Source: Amoeboradix gromovi X-113 (taxonomy: Eukaryota > Fungi > Sanchytriomycota). Taken from it: a DNA stretch of 32,000 nucleotides. The notes under the pieces were generated by a model. It was not told the origin of the DNA. It worked only from the letters and a program-made list of their open reading frames with translations, and did no database searches. The stretch lies in the NCBI GenBank assembly GCA_018985225.1, contig JADGIF010000001.1, positions 63,617 to 95,616 on the forward strand. The letters are read 5' to 3'. Shown here piece by piece: positions 8,355 to 19,183 of the stretch; within the stretch, counting starts at the first letter, position 1, and each line of letters opens with the position of its first letter. The position numbers and the translations under genes were made by a program.

Positions 8355-11300
8355 TTATTGCACAGCCTCGGCAAAAGTCTCCGAAACAACTTGAGGTCCA
8401 TTCTTCAGAGAGGAGTTTTTTTGCACTTTAGTGTGAGTCTGTTTTTGATTGAACTCTATGATCAAATTTTGCAAAAACCTAAATAAATTAAATGTACACA
8501 TATCCGGATAAAGTTTGCTGCTTCTTGTTAATTCTACCTTTGATGAGTATAGTTAATACGAATAATAGAGCAACAGTCAAGCAGAGCCCCAAGACCAAAA
8601 TCGTAGATCTCCTTTTTGTCAATAGATCTTCGAGCACAAGAAGACTCATCATATCTTCTAACCTTTTCCAGGATGACTTTGCGATGGCAGTGTTCATCCT
8701 GTCTGACAAATCATTGCAGTCTATCGTAAAGCATTCCAAAACCGATCTTACGAACTCGTTCACTTCAAAATCCAACGATTGATCACAAATATCACTCTCA
8801 CAATTCTTGTCCAGAATCAAGCCCTTATAGTATTGAGAATGGCTCAATTCCACGAAAAACGGGTCTCTTATTTGTGATGCTAGTTCGGCCATGTTTTCGG
8901 CCATGAAAAGCAAGCTGAAGTTTGCGGCGTTGTAGAATGACTCTTGATGAATTGAAACTAGAGAACTCTCATTAACTTTAAGATATCCTAGAGATTGAAT
9001 ATGATAGAACGAAAACAAAATGTTTGACGCTGCAGAAGCTAATTTTGTTTGAAAATAAGCACAATCTATAGCCTCCTGTCTAACAGTGAAAATCAAATAC
9101 AGAAACACTGCTGTTATACCAACAATTGAAAAGGCCAAAAATAATGACATCAAAAAATTGTTTAAACTACTTTTAACTTTGATATTATATGAATCAACGG
9201 CGCTAGCTAAATTGGCATAATGATCTTCAACAGATGAAAAGCTTTGGGTTTTAATCTCCAGCGTTAATTCTGAAATTTCTCGAGTTTTTGTCCGAATATG
9301 TACTAACATTTTTTCTTTTTCTCTATCAACGTAATACAAGTAAGTGTAAACGACAGTCGCAATAAGAATGATTGAAGCTGAAATAATAGGTAAAAATGAA
9401 TACTCAAAGTAGTTCAAATTGTTTTCAGCAAATCGAGATTTCAAGTTGTTATTGAAATCGTTCAATCTCCCGTTTTGTAAAATGCTTGTATTCATAGTAA
9501 CAAAGCTTATGAATGCTCTTTTTAGATCACTAGGCAGCAAGAGGTTTGTGTACAAAATCATGTGATCGAGATTCGCATCAAGATAACTAGCATCAATTAA
9601 TGTGTACTGAGTTGCATTTATTAAGCTTGGAGATTTTATAGTGGATGCATCTAAAAACTGCATTGTAGCATAGCTATCTAGTCTCCCCATGTAAATTAAG
9701 TTTGTTGTGCACTCTTCTAGCTCTAAAAGAGTCCATGAAAAGCTTTCTCGGCTTTGAAAATAAGATTCGTCTGCTCTTTGTCTCTTAAATGGTAAAGTGG
9801 ACGCAACTTGTGAAAAACTTAACTGAAGCGCTACATAATCCATTAGTAGGTAGCCGTTCAGTAACACACATGTAACTAAAGAGGCAAACAAGATAAAAAT
9901 TGATATCTTTAATGCATAATGAAACTGTTTTTGCCATTGTAATTGTTGAAAGCGATTTTTTTTCATGTTTTCGTTAATAAGTAAGAATTTCCCTACATAA
10001 TCGAATTGAACAAACGAATCTGATCTTTCATTTTCTTCTTCCGTGACAGCGGATATATCCAGAATATCCTTCTCTACGCCTCTGTTTGTATCAAACATTT
10101 GCATGGTCTTTACAACAAAATCCCCAGCTTCTAAATCATTTTCAACAGAGTTGAAATACGACGCCAATAGCCTTAGAGTTGCAGGATCTTGGGGATATTT
10201 CTGAAATAATTCTTTAATACTATGAAACGATTTATAAGCATGATCTACAAACAAGTGCGAAAGTATGTGCAACTTGGCGTCTTTTTCAGAGTTCGCCGCC
10301 TTAAGCAACGCATACAAAGACGTAGATGCTTTTATCAATTGTTTTGCACAAAATTCTTTAAAACTGTCCTTCATTAACACAGTCAAATCATTTTCTGATG
10401 AAAACTCGACCAAATCCTTTAATTTTCTAATTGTAGATACCAATATGAGGGTATATGAAGACAAAATTGTTCTTTTTCCTAAAATTATTTGATTTTCAAG
10501 TTCGACAGCTCTTGTCTTGTCTTCAATTACTCCAAAGTTCATCCAGCAGTACCTCACAATATTGCATTTTAGCATTGCGCAATTATCCAATTTTTTCTCT
10601 GCACTATTAAGACAATTGTATACTGTATTAGCTAAAAGACAATGACCTTTATGTCTAGATGAAAGCAAAGCATTGGGAACATCATTGCTTTGCTTTGATG
10701 AACTTGCAGTTCCACCATTAGAAGTGTCGCCGGAATCGATTTCCTCTACCAAGTTAAAATTAGAAAGAAAATGTACCGATACTAAAAATTTCAGCAAGCT
10801 TTCCATTGGAACTAAAAGTGGCAGCTTTTGGTTATACTCTGTCTGTGTCAAATGGCCTTTTAGTAGGGCTTGTGTGATTCGGATGGCATTGATATCAGGT
10901 AAGAAAGATCTGATATGTGGTTTCAAACCGCTATAAAGTAGGTAAAACAGCAATGCACCTTGTACAACAGAGAACACGGAGCTTGAAAGATTTAAGTTTG
11001 GAAAAATCAAAAAAACTAACTGGAAAACCATGAAAAACAAATAAGACCAATAAAATGCAAGCTGAACTTGGCAAAGAGATATAGACTGAAAAGATGGCAT
11101 TATGTATCCTCTGTAGCTTAAATGTATTCCAAAGAGTATGCCAACAGAAACAGAGAGAATTGGTGTGTGCAGCAAGAAACATAACCCTTGCACAAGTAAA
11201 AGCATAATTTCACTAGCTTGAGAATTCCTATCAAATCTTCCAATTCCTTGATGCAGTGGTAATTTATAATAAAGATTTAAATAAGACGAAAAGACAGTTA

Positions 11301-11739
11301 AAATCATTTGGCCGCCAACTACGAGGAAACCCAGAACACTAGTAATCTCACTTTTGGTAGATAAATTTCTCTCAAGAGAGTCTACAACACTTAACGTACA
11401 GTAAAACATTGGCGGTAACATAACATATCCATTCATAAGTAGAAGCAACCTAATGACCTTTATTGATTGGGCAGTTGGGTATAAGCCAGTTTCTAGATTA
11501 TAAACGACCTTTCCTATCAAGTATGTCTGCAGTGATATTAGAAACATGCCAAAATACAAAAAACCATAAGCTTTATCATTATTTGCAAAATCGACCCATG
11601 TTGAACTAATGTGATGTAAAATTGCCAAATAATTGAAGCAAAAGACAGAAAACAACTGTAGAGCTCCAGATAGCTCCATCAACCTACTTTGATGAAATAC
11701 CAAAGTGTTAAATCTCATGAATGAATCTGAAAATCCCAT
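8355..11739 (-). CDS. Large multi-pass membrane protein, TmcB/TmcC-like; probable exons 8498-11739 and 8355-8478
   Basis: N-terminal multi-TM block and central LFQKYPQDPATLRLLASYFNSVEND resembling the TmcB/TmcC TPR-like repeat, with further TM pairs. A 19-nt intron extends the frame to a stop 9 nt from PEX10. Confidence 0.6.
8479..8497 (-). other. Probable 19-nt spliceosomal intron
   Basis: GTACATTTAATTTATTTAG, same GTA...TATTTAG pattern as the LCB2 intron; excision opens 41 more codons filling the gap to PEX10 (an alternative 21-nt donor at 8499 is possible). Confidence 0.65.
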
Positions 11740-11790
11740 TCGACTTTGGCCTTTGTTGAAACAAAAAAAGATTTATTGAAAGGAAATATT

Positions 11791-12219
11791 TTATTTCCAG
11801 TTGTCCCTGTGAAAAACAGGATCCTGCAGAAACGGAATTAATATCTTTGAACTGGTTTGAACCAAAGGGTGTCCCGCGACAATTTGCAAAAATCTCTCAA
11901 GTCCTTTCATTCTGGTGTCTATTACCTCATCACTAAACCTGTTTCTAAGTACCTTCCCTGGAAGATTTGGAAGATGAACATGAGGACATTCTCTCTCCAA
12001 ATAGCTTTTGAAAATTTCGCAATCCTTGTATCTTCGACGAACGATACTTTCTTTGATTTTAAACAGCGGCAAATTAGTTTTCAAATGAACCTCATAAGTG
12101 GTATATAAGTTGCTTGGATTTTCTGGATTCTCACTCAACGGATTCTTTACTCTAATTTCTAAATAATTTTCTGGCGTTGAATAGGTAGAGTGATTAGACA
12201 GTTTTTGTTCAGATATCAT
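11791..12219 (-). CDS. SNX3: Sorting nexin 3 (PX domain)
   Basis: PENYLEIRVKNP, YTTYEV..KTNLP.FK, VRRRYKD, LPGK, GLERFLQIVAGHPLVQT; likely ATG at 12219. Confidence 0.9.
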   Translation of the reverse strand: MISEQKLSNHSTYSTPENYLEIRVKNPLSENPENPSNLYTTYEVHLKTNLPLFKIKESIVRRRYKDCEIFKSYLERECPHVHLPNLPGKVLRNRFSDEVIDTRMKGLERFLQIVAGHPLVQTSSKILIPFLQDPVFHRDNWK

Positions 12220-12356
12220 TCCCTCTCTAGTAAAGGAAATCCTTATTGTAGGAGTCGTTAATAAGCGATCCCATAAAGCACTCATATAGTAATATTGTTT
12301 GAGGGGTGAATAAGTGGAATAATTTATTTGTGCAAATACGGCTCGTAAACAAGGCT

Positions 12357-13121
12357 TCATTGGGCTGCTGAAGAATGAATATGGTTTGCTAAATTCTGAA
12401 TTTCTTTGGAAAAGATGGAGTTACTTAAATCAGACAGGATAGGAGAGCCTTTATCCATGTTTTCTGATATTCTAGGATCAAAAGGTAGACTAGCTAAAAA
12501 TTCAGATCGCTTCCAGAACTCTGTGTTTGCATCAGGAAAAAGTGAATGTAATTTGCTGCAAGATGGACACTGAAAGGTGGACATGTTTTTTACCATTCCC
12601 AACAACGGGATTTTCACTTTTTCAAGCATCTGAACGGCTTTCTGGGCATCGATTATACTAATAGACTGCGGCGTACTTACTACAACGCAACCGTGTAGAT
12701 TTAATTGTTGTACAACGGTAAGCTGTGCATCTCCGGTTCCAGGTGGAAAATCAATTAATAAGTAATCCAAATCACTCCATTTGGTATGCCAAATCAAATC
12801 TTGAACAGCTTTCATCACCATTAAGCCTCGCCAAACAACTGCTTTTTTAGAGAAAAGTCCCATAGACATAAATTGAATTCCATGATTTTTTAGTGGAATC
12901 ATCCGACCCGTATCATCTATTTCTGGCTCCCTAGATAAATTCATTATTTTAGGGATTGAGGGGCCGTAAACATCTGCATCCAATATACCTACTCTACCTG
13001 GAAGTGTATGAGCTAAACAAGCAGTTACACAGCTTTTACCCACGCCTCCCTTCCCGGATAGAACTCCAATTACTCGCTTCACAGTTGGAATATTCTTTGG
13101 AACCATTAATCCTAGTGCCAT
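12357..13121 (-). CDS. IND1: Mrp/NBP35-family Fe-S cluster carrier, mitochondrial Ind1/NUBPL type
   Basis: SGKGGVGKS, DADVYGPSIP, VVWRGLMVMKA, DFPPGTGD, VSTPQ and CPSC motif; first ATG at 13121. Confidence 0.85.
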   Translation of the reverse strand: MALGLMVPKNIPTVKRVIGVLSGKGGVGKSCVTACLAHTLPGRVGILDADVYGPSIPKIMNLSREPEIDDTGRMIPLKNHGIQFMSMGLFSKKAVVWRGLMVMKAVQDLIWHTKWSDLDYLLIDFPPGTGDAQLTVVQQLNLHGCVVVSTPQSISIIDAQKAVQMLEKVKIPLLGMVKNMSTFQCPSCSKLHSLFPDANTEFWKRSEFLASLPFDPRISENMDKGSPILSDLSNSIFSKEIQNLANHIHSSAAQ

Positions 13122-13145
13122 CCAAACAATGCTCCTTGAAGCCAA

Positions 13146-13697
13146 ATGCTTTGTAACGATGATGAAAAAATTTTAGATTTAATTTTCTCAGGTCCTATGG
13201 ACGGCTATGTGTTTGATTCAAATGCTACTACAGTTGATAGCTGTCCCGAAACTTCCAAAATAGTTACAAATGAAATTTCACAGCAGTTAAAAGAAAAGGA
13301 AATCATTGCAGTTCATTTGGCAGAAGATGGAAAAATAGATGAAAGCATTTTGCTTTTTAATGAAATTATTAAATCAAACAGAAGTTATTATTCGGTATAT
13401 AACAATAGAGCTCAGGCATTCAGGATAAAAAAAGAGGACAAGAGTGCATTAAATGATTTAAATTTTGTTATCAAAAACTGCAGGGACTCTGAAGTTTTAA
13501 AGCAATCGTATATCCAAAGAGCAATTATTTTGAAAGCCTCAGATCCAGACCAAAGCTACACTGATTTTTGTAAGTCAAACGCATTGGGTCAGAAAATCGC
13601 GGAAAAAGCAGTTGTTGAAAACAATCCTTACAGAAAGTTGTGCAATTCGATGGTGTCGAAAGTTTTACAGCAAGAAATATCTGGCAATAAATTTTAG
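13146..13697 (+). CDS. TTC36: Tetratricopeptide repeat protein 36-like
   Basis: DEKILDLIF, SVYNNRAQA, QSYIQRA, NPYRKLCNSMV match TTC36. Confidence 0.8.
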   Translation: MLCNDDEKILDLIFSGPMDGYVFDSNATTVDSCPETSKIVTNEISQQLKEKEIIAVHLAEDGKIDESILLFNEIIKSNRSYYSVYNNRAQAFRIKKEDKSALNDLNFVIKNCRDSEVLKQSYIQRAIILKASDPDQSYTDFCKSNALGQKIAEKAVVENNPYRKLCNSMVSKVLQQEISGNKF

Positions 13698-13729
13698 TAA
13701 TATTTAACTTTTTTTGTTAGCAAGAGGGT

Positions 13730-14674
13730 ATGACAGGTGGAAGAAAAGAAAATAACTTCAGAAAAAGTAGAAAGGAAAGGCAAGTTGTTAAAAAGAAAAA
13801 GACAGAGACTATCTATGAAAAGCCCAGCTATAATAATAACATACTTAAACAACCGCTTCCTCGACTTTGTAAACTTAGCATAGCTTTACCTGGAAGCATT
13901 ATTGACAATTGCCAAGGGCTTCAAATGAAGACAATTATGGCGGGTCAAATTGCAAGAGCGTGTGCAGTTTTCAGAGTCAGTAACATTTACGTTTTTAATG
14001 ATACAGATACAGTATGGGGCGCTAGGTTTATGGTCAAGGTTTTGAATTATTTAGAAACCCCGCAGTATTTAAGAAAGAGGCTATTTCCTAAGAGTGACGA
14101 CATGCGATTTTTAGGTATACTGCCTCCACTAGATGTCCCTCACCATTTCCGAAAATCTGATAGGTACGAGTATCGAGAAGGCGTGGTTGTTGAGCAGCTA
14201 AAGGAAGCGTGCCTAGTAGACATTGGCGGTGAGAAACCAATTATTTCGACTGTTGTGAGGGAAACAAATACGCGAGTTACTGTTAAAGTCGATTATGACT
14301 CAGATCTAGGAGTCGAGGGTGTAATTGTTGAAAAAGAAGAGGCTGCGAAAAAATCTTACTGGGGATACGACGTTCACACTACAAAGACCATATCTGAAGT
14401 ATTGGAAAGTGAAAAATTTGATTTCGTACTAGGAACATCTGAGCGGGGATTGTCTCATGAGGAACTGGTTGTCAAAGACGACGTGAAAAATGCACTGATT
14501 CTGTTTGGTGGCGTTGATGGGTTAGAAAAAGCGAGTGACCATGAGGGAGAGACTAAACCCCTTAGCGAGAGATTTGACTTCTACATTAACATAAATCCTC
14601 ATCAGGGATCCAGAACTATTAGAACAGAAGAAGCAGTTTTGGCGACATTAAGTTTGCTGAATTCCATGTTTTAA
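13730..14674 (+). CDS. SPOUT1: SPOUT-family RNA methyltransferase (SPOUT1/CENP-32-like)
   Basis: LSIALPGSII, GQIARA, YLETPQYLRK, GILPPLDVPHH, YWGY, GTSERG, QGSRTIRTEEA. Confidence 0.9.
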   Translation: MTGGRKENNFRKSRKERQVVKKKKTETIYEKPSYNNNILKQPLPRLCKLSIALPGSIIDNCQGLQMKTIMAGQIARACAVFRVSNIYVFNDTDTVWGARFMVKVLNYLETPQYLRKRLFPKSDDMRFLGILPPLDVPHHFRKSDRYEYREGVVVEQLKEACLVDIGGEKPIISTVVRETNTRVTVKVDYDSDLGVEGVIVEKEEAAKKSYWGYDVHTTKTISEVLESEKFDFVLGTSERGLSHEELVVKDDVKNALILFGGVDGLEKASDHEGETKPLSERFDFYININPHQGSRTIRTEEAVLATLSLLNSMF

Positions 14675-14692
14675 GCTTTTATTAAATTATCA

Positions 14693-15340
14693 TTACTCAT
14701 AAAGGTACGACTTCATAGTCTTTCTCATTCTTTGAAACGCAGCTTGCGGACTATCAAATGCAGGTCTTACGTCGCAATAGAAGGTTGGGTTATCATTTTC
14801 TTCTTCTCCCTCATAGTAATCAATAACGTATCGGACATGCCTACCACACCTGTCAATGATCCAATCATGTCTGTCAAAAGCATGCTGATTGTGCACCATT
14901 GCTACCCACTTAGATTTCCAAGTTGGACTACTTGCTTTGCCTTGAAATCTCAACAGCTTGGGATTTGGACATACGCCTTTGTACTCACTCTCCCACTTCA
15001 GGATTTCCTTCCAGACTTCTTCGTTCAGAAAATTATGTATGTCTACCATAGATTCAATGCTTTCTTCTGGTGCAGCCATGTCTTTTTTCTTTAATGCGTG
15101 ATAAAATTGCTGGGGACTGGGATAAGACCAGTTTTCTTCATTGCTGTTACTTCCGGGTCCATCAGCGTGCTCCGACTTAGGTATTGTAGATATTTCTCTC
15201 TTCTTCGACAGTTCAACAGTTTGGTCTGGATCCTTTTCTTGTGAATATTCAGGCATCAAGTTATTTGGATTTATTTCTTCCTTTTTGTTATGGTGTGGGC
15301 ATCCGCTCTTTGATGCTCTTTGAAATGACTCGTTTTTCAT
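14693..15340 (-). CDS. CYC3: Holocytochrome c synthase (cytochrome c heme lyase)
   Basis: GCP heme-regulatory motif, WSYPSPQQFYHAL, IHNFLNE, FDRHDW, RYVIDYY, DVRPA; start 15340 or 15373. Confidence 0.92.
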   Translation of the reverse strand: MKNESFQRASKSGCPHHNKKEEINPNNLMPEYSQEKDPDQTVELSKKREISTIPKSEHADGPGSNSNEENWSYPSPQQFYHALKKKDMAAPEESIESMVDIHNFLNEEVWKEILKWESEYKGVCPNPKLLRFQGKASSPTWKSKWVAMVHNQHAFDRHDWIIDRCGRHVRYVIDYYEGEEENDNPTFYCDVRPAFDSPQAAFQRMRKTMKSYLYE

Positions 15341-15610
15341 ATCTAGGGGTAAATCAATTCGCAAGCTCCTCATTAAAATCCTAGTTTTCTAGAAATGGAG
15401 AATTTCTATCAAGACACTAGCAGTGATTGTTGCTCCGTTATAGTGACTACTCATCCATACTGAGAAGCAAACAGCGGTGCTAACGTACTTAAAAGCTTCA
15501 TTTTTGTGACCGCTAAAGGTAGTTCAGATGTTCTGATTTTTGCAATCTGGGTAAAATAGAATCGTCAAATGCACCATGGGCATAGATTAAATAAGAATTA
15601 AAAATTTTAC

Positions 15611-17260
15611 TTATCCCAACTTCATCAGTATTTCCTTCTTTCTTCCACCTTTTTTCTTTTTGCTGCTGTTATTTGTATTATCCTCACTTGCCGTGGAGTC
15701 ACTTAATGCACTCAATTGAATTGTCCTCCTTGGCGGAACTGTTTCTGCCACCGCTTCTTCTTTCTTTACTGGTAATGGAACATCTGTCCATAGCCATGGT
15801 AAATATATCGGATTACCAACTTCTACAATTTTATCACCTCGATTTACCATTGTTAACATCGATCTTGGTTTCTTGTCTTTCATTTTGGGTATGTTATTAT
15901 TAACCGTATATCTACTTACACAATCTGCAACATTAAGGTCAGGAAATTTACAGTTGCTCTCGTAGAAAGGCTTCCACTCATTTTTCAGCTGATTTCTAAA
16001 TTGAACAGGACTAGTACAAATAAGCCATTTGATTAATGCAGACACGTCTGGGTATGTAAACAGTCTAGGCTGAAGCCTAAGTAGTTCTTCATAGACAGAC
16101 TGCGCATTCAAATGACTCTGCTTGACTAAAAACGACTGGAACATTGCACACCTCTCATCGTGGTGAAACACAGCGCATAGAACCTTGAGGTCTATGTTCT
16201 GGCTGCATAAACATTCACTGTTGGACCTGTTTAACCTAGGGGCCCTCTGATATGTGGTAGAATCGCTGGTGCTGTGATCTTGAAAGTGTGACGTCGGTTT
16301 AGTTAACTGGCCAATCCTCAGTTTGCTATTGATAGCGTGAGAAGCGGATAAATGTGACAAGTAGTCTAATTCTGTGGCAAACCCTAGTAACCCATCTGTG
16401 TTGATGCAATATTCGCACGCAATATGATCTTCTTTATAGTGTTTTTTGAGTTCGTTTAAGTTTTTAAACCATAAGCTTTTTCCTGATTGCTTACAAAGTG
16501 AGCATTCCTCGTGTCTCTGCTTCATATGATGCTTTAAATATTCATCGTTCACAAATCTTTGACTGCAGAACTTGCAGAGGGGATGACCCGTAAAATTGAT
16601 TAGAGGGTTGACAACATTATTAGAATGCGTAATATCAACAGTGATTTCGTCACTGTTATTGACAGTAGATTGCAAAAACAATTTGTCACCTGTTTTAATA
16701 TGGCTAGCAAGAAGATCAGACGGATATATGTTCAGTTCGCTGATGAATTTCTTAGATTCCCTAATGCATATTTCACAATATTTGTAGCCGTTTTTGATGT
16801 TATCATGTTGAGTTAAATGATTTTTCAATTCTTCAAACGCAGCGTAGGTTTGCTTTGTATACTTAACGTGCTCAATTATACCACCAGTAATAGGTTTATT
16901 ACGAACAGCGGGAGTGAAGTACAAGTAGGTGTTCCATTTCTTTGTGCAACCTGGAACCGGACAAGAAAATCCCAAAAGATTCATAACATGAAAATAAGCG
17001 TCATTAGACTTGTAATAAATCTGCCATTTTTGATGAGCATAAGGATACACATTCAGATCAGACGTACTGCCTTTGCTTCCAATGATAATGTAGCTTATAG
17101 GCTTTTTGCAATAAACGCAATCGGTACTTTTAAATAGTAAAAACATGCGCAAAGCACATACAGAACACATTTCGTGATCGCATGACATCCTGGCATTGTA
17201 CAAAAAAGGATGCGAACAAATGGGACAAACTGTTGAATTTGAACTGGACATTTGGGACAT
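15611..17260 (-). CDS. HEL2: Ribosome quality-control RING E3 ligase HEL2/ZNF598
   Basis: N-terminal RING CPIC...CDH.MC.VC.LR...CVYCK, then C2H2 fingers including FTGHPLCKFC; KKKKG tail. Confidence 0.85.
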   Translation of the reverse strand: MSQMSSSNSTVCPICSHPFLYNARMSCDHEMCSVCALRMFLLFKSTDCVYCKKPISYIIIGSKGSTSDLNVYPYAHQKWQIYYKSNDAYFHVMNLLGFSCPVPGCTKKWNTYLYFTPAVRNKPITGGIIEHVKYTKQTYAAFEELKNHLTQHDNIKNGYKYCEICIRESKKFISELNIYPSDLLASHIKTGDKLFLQSTVNNSDEITVDITHSNNVVNPLINFTGHPLCKFCSQRFVNDEYLKHHMKQRHEECSLCKQSGKSLWFKNLNELKKHYKEDHIACEYCINTDGLLGFATELDYLSHLSASHAINSKLRIGQLTKPTSHFQDHSTSDSTTYQRAPRLNRSNSECLCSQNIDLKVLCAVFHHDERCAMFQSFLVKQSHLNAQSVYEELLRLQPRLFTYPDVSALIKWLICTSPVQFRNQLKNEWKPFYESNCKFPDLNVADCVSRYTVNNNIPKMKDKKPRSMLTMVNRGDKIVEVGNPIYLPWLWTDVPLPVKKEEAVAETVPPRRTIQLSALSDSTASEDNTNNSSKKKKGGRKKEILMKLG

Positions 17261-17779
17261 GCTCTAAGAACAGTAGACTTGGGGTAATAGAGGGTGACAC
17301 GCGATTATATTTTACTCATGGCGATAAACTCGTCATAAGTCTATGATTCCCAGAATATCAAGAATTTCCATCCAGAAACTGAGAACTCAAGTAAATCTGA
17401 TAAGCATTTGCGTTTAAAAATGCATATAGACTGTACTGAGAAATTACTGTGGATCTAGCAATACAAACTTTCTGCTATAGATGGAAGAATTTCGCTGACT
17501 GTAAATAGAGTAAAGGTGAAGATCCAGCAACATTTGAGTACTCCTAAAGCATAAACGTTAAGAAGTAAATGGAATGTCAAAGCAAAAAATTTCTATCTTT
17601 TAATCCACAAAAAATGCGTAGTGAACCTACAACCATTGCGATGAAGTCTCTTGTGGCATTGTGAATACTAATTATAGAAGCTTTGAGCTCTTTAAACTTA
17701 GTAAGCAATGGTGAAAGGTCTGGAAAAGAGAGGAACTGGTAACAGCAAATTTTCTGCTAAAGCACACGTTACAAAATAG

Positions 17780-18285
17780 CAGATATTCTACTCGAGAGTT
17801 TTAACTTTTTGAGGCATTTTTTGACAAGATGTCTGGTTTTTATGGCGCTAATGAGTTAAATCTGATTAAATAATATTGTAGAAGCTAACCGTTTAACTGA
17901 ATAAACCATTTATTGTAATAATATGAGCTAAATCACTCCAACATCTGTCTTTCTATGTTTTACTAGTTGCATAAAAACACCATACTCTTGTTATCGCCAA
18001 TTAAAAATGGCCCTAAATGGTCTCCTGAATATTTCGATTTTGAGAGATCGCTGGCAGATGCAGAATGCAGTCTTTTGCATCCAAATATTTAGGAACAAAA
18101 TTATTATCCAAAGAAAGGTGAAAGGTAGTGGTGGAATATAACGAAGCATTTATTGGCCAAATATACACAAGCTGTGGTTCTCCGTAGAAAACCAGTTTGG
18201 AGGCATTAGCATGCACAAAATTTCATTTTAGACGCAGATAGAGATCATATGGCACAGCAAGAAGCATATATTTGAGATGTATGCA
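17780..18285 (+). pseudogene. Fanzor2/TnpB RuvC nuclease pseudogene
   Basis: Motifs in the correct order across stops and frameshifts: YSRVLTF (17789, cf. RuvC-I DPGVRTF), LHKNT, RMQSF...KLLSK, VVVEYNEAFIGQIYTSCG (18125-78, cf. RuvC-II E..TS..C..CG), DADRD (18231-45) and ARSIYLR (18257-77, cf. DRD.NGARNI). Confidence 0.75.
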
Positions 18286-18410
18286 TCCTATCTATCCCAC
18301 TCAGTGTAATACAAACAGCCGTCATGGAGCTTTTTTCAGATTCACTTGGGAAGTCATTGATTTTGTAGTAAATCAGGACTTTTATGAGTTTATTGCTCTA
18401 TGAACAGATA

Positions 18411-18741
18411 TGAGATCCAATTTCAGAAAATATCCCCAAATTCTAGTCGGAGGACCTCTTAGAAAGATGTGTCAGTCCAATAATATGCCATCAAGCTTTC
18501 TCTCAATATGAAAAATGCACTGGCAAAATATCTTGGCTGATTAGCACTTGAGCATATGTTGCAATATCTCAACTGATAACCATTTTTGATATTCTGTCTT
18601 GGTGATTGTAATGACGTCTTGTTCACAAACAAGGCAGCATCTGGATGCCTTTCTTTCGTATCTGGTGACATTATAATGGGAGTGTGTCTTCTAAGTGTTC
18701 CTCCTACCTGGAAATGAGGACAATTCGTCAGAATGGGTCCA
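18411..18741 (-). mobile_element. Fanzor1-carrying TIR element, internal-deletion copy C
   Basis: Both ends homologous to 30283-30928. TG...CA termini flanked by a perfect 5-bp duplication AGATA (18406-10 and 18742-46). Interior translates YERKASRCCLVC (18660-18625) and GYQLRYCNIC...ASAFFIL. Confidence 0.75.
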
Positions 18742-18757
18742 AGATATTTCGAAACCG

Positions 18758-19180
18758 ATGTTTCTTCAGAACGGATTTCATGTGCACTGGAAAAATGACA
18801 AGCAAGAAATTAATGAGCCATGTTTATATTTTAGAGTTACAGAAGATGTGATATTTGATCCTTTTGAATTCCCGGACTGCAAGACTAGAGGCAATTTTGA
18901 TTTGGAGATGTCAAAAGAAGAATGGAATCAAAAGTTGGATGTCTGGTGTCCGAGTCAGTTGGAAAGTGTTCATTTTTCTTGCAGATACCAAAACGCAAAA
19001 GGCCTTTGCAAGCTGTACCAGCCTCTTCCCTCTGACTGTCTTGTAATCCCTAATGAACAATTGCAAGACATTACTTACACAATTCCGGTAAAAAATGACG
19101 CGCATGCTAGTTTTGTAATCTACAGTACATTTTCTTATTTTATATTTGTGAGCTGGCTGTTAATAAGTAAAATGAAATAA
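18758..19180 (+). CDS. PIG-X/PBN1-like GPI mannosyltransferase I subunit (reduced)
   Basis: GFH, VIFDPFE, DLE, HF..RYQ, TIPV and a C-terminal TM helix fit PIG-X; ATG at 18758 (the ORF-track extension lies in the transposon end). Confidence 0.65.
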   Translation: MFLQNGFHVHWKNDKQEINEPCLYFRVTEDVIFDPFEFPDCKTRGNFDLEMSKEEWNQKLDVWCPSQLESVHFSCRYQNAKGLCKLYQPLPSDCLVIPNEQLQDITYTIPVKNDAHASFVIYSTFSYFIFVSWLLISKMK

Positions 19181-19183
19181 ATA

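Larger units (their letters stand above)
17302..18751 (+). mobile_element. Decayed Fanzor2 (IS607-TnpB-like) transposon with subterminal inverted repeats, interrupted near its right end by the 18411-18741 element
   Basis: Inverted repeat GCGATAAACTCGTCATAAGTCTATGATT (17321-48) vs reverse complement of 18371-96 (GCAATAAACTCATAAAAGTCCTGATT); encloses the Fanzor2 pseudogene; outer limits approximate. Confidence 0.6.

Noticed and set aside
17443-17480. ITVDLAIQTF as RuvC-I of the Fanzor2 relic
   Set aside because: Too far from the RuvC-II motif; YSRVLTF at 17789 fits spacing and codons better
18013-18216. 67-aa minus ORF (and 26209-26400) as genes
   Set aside because: They lie antisense to Fanzor pseudogene motifs
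18675-18750. Minus-strand peptide GPILTNCPHFQVGGTLRRHTPIIM read as a Fanzor1 coding segment
   Set aside because: This DNA is homologous to the left end of copy D (30283-30358), so it is non-coding terminal sequence and the peptide resemblance is coincidental
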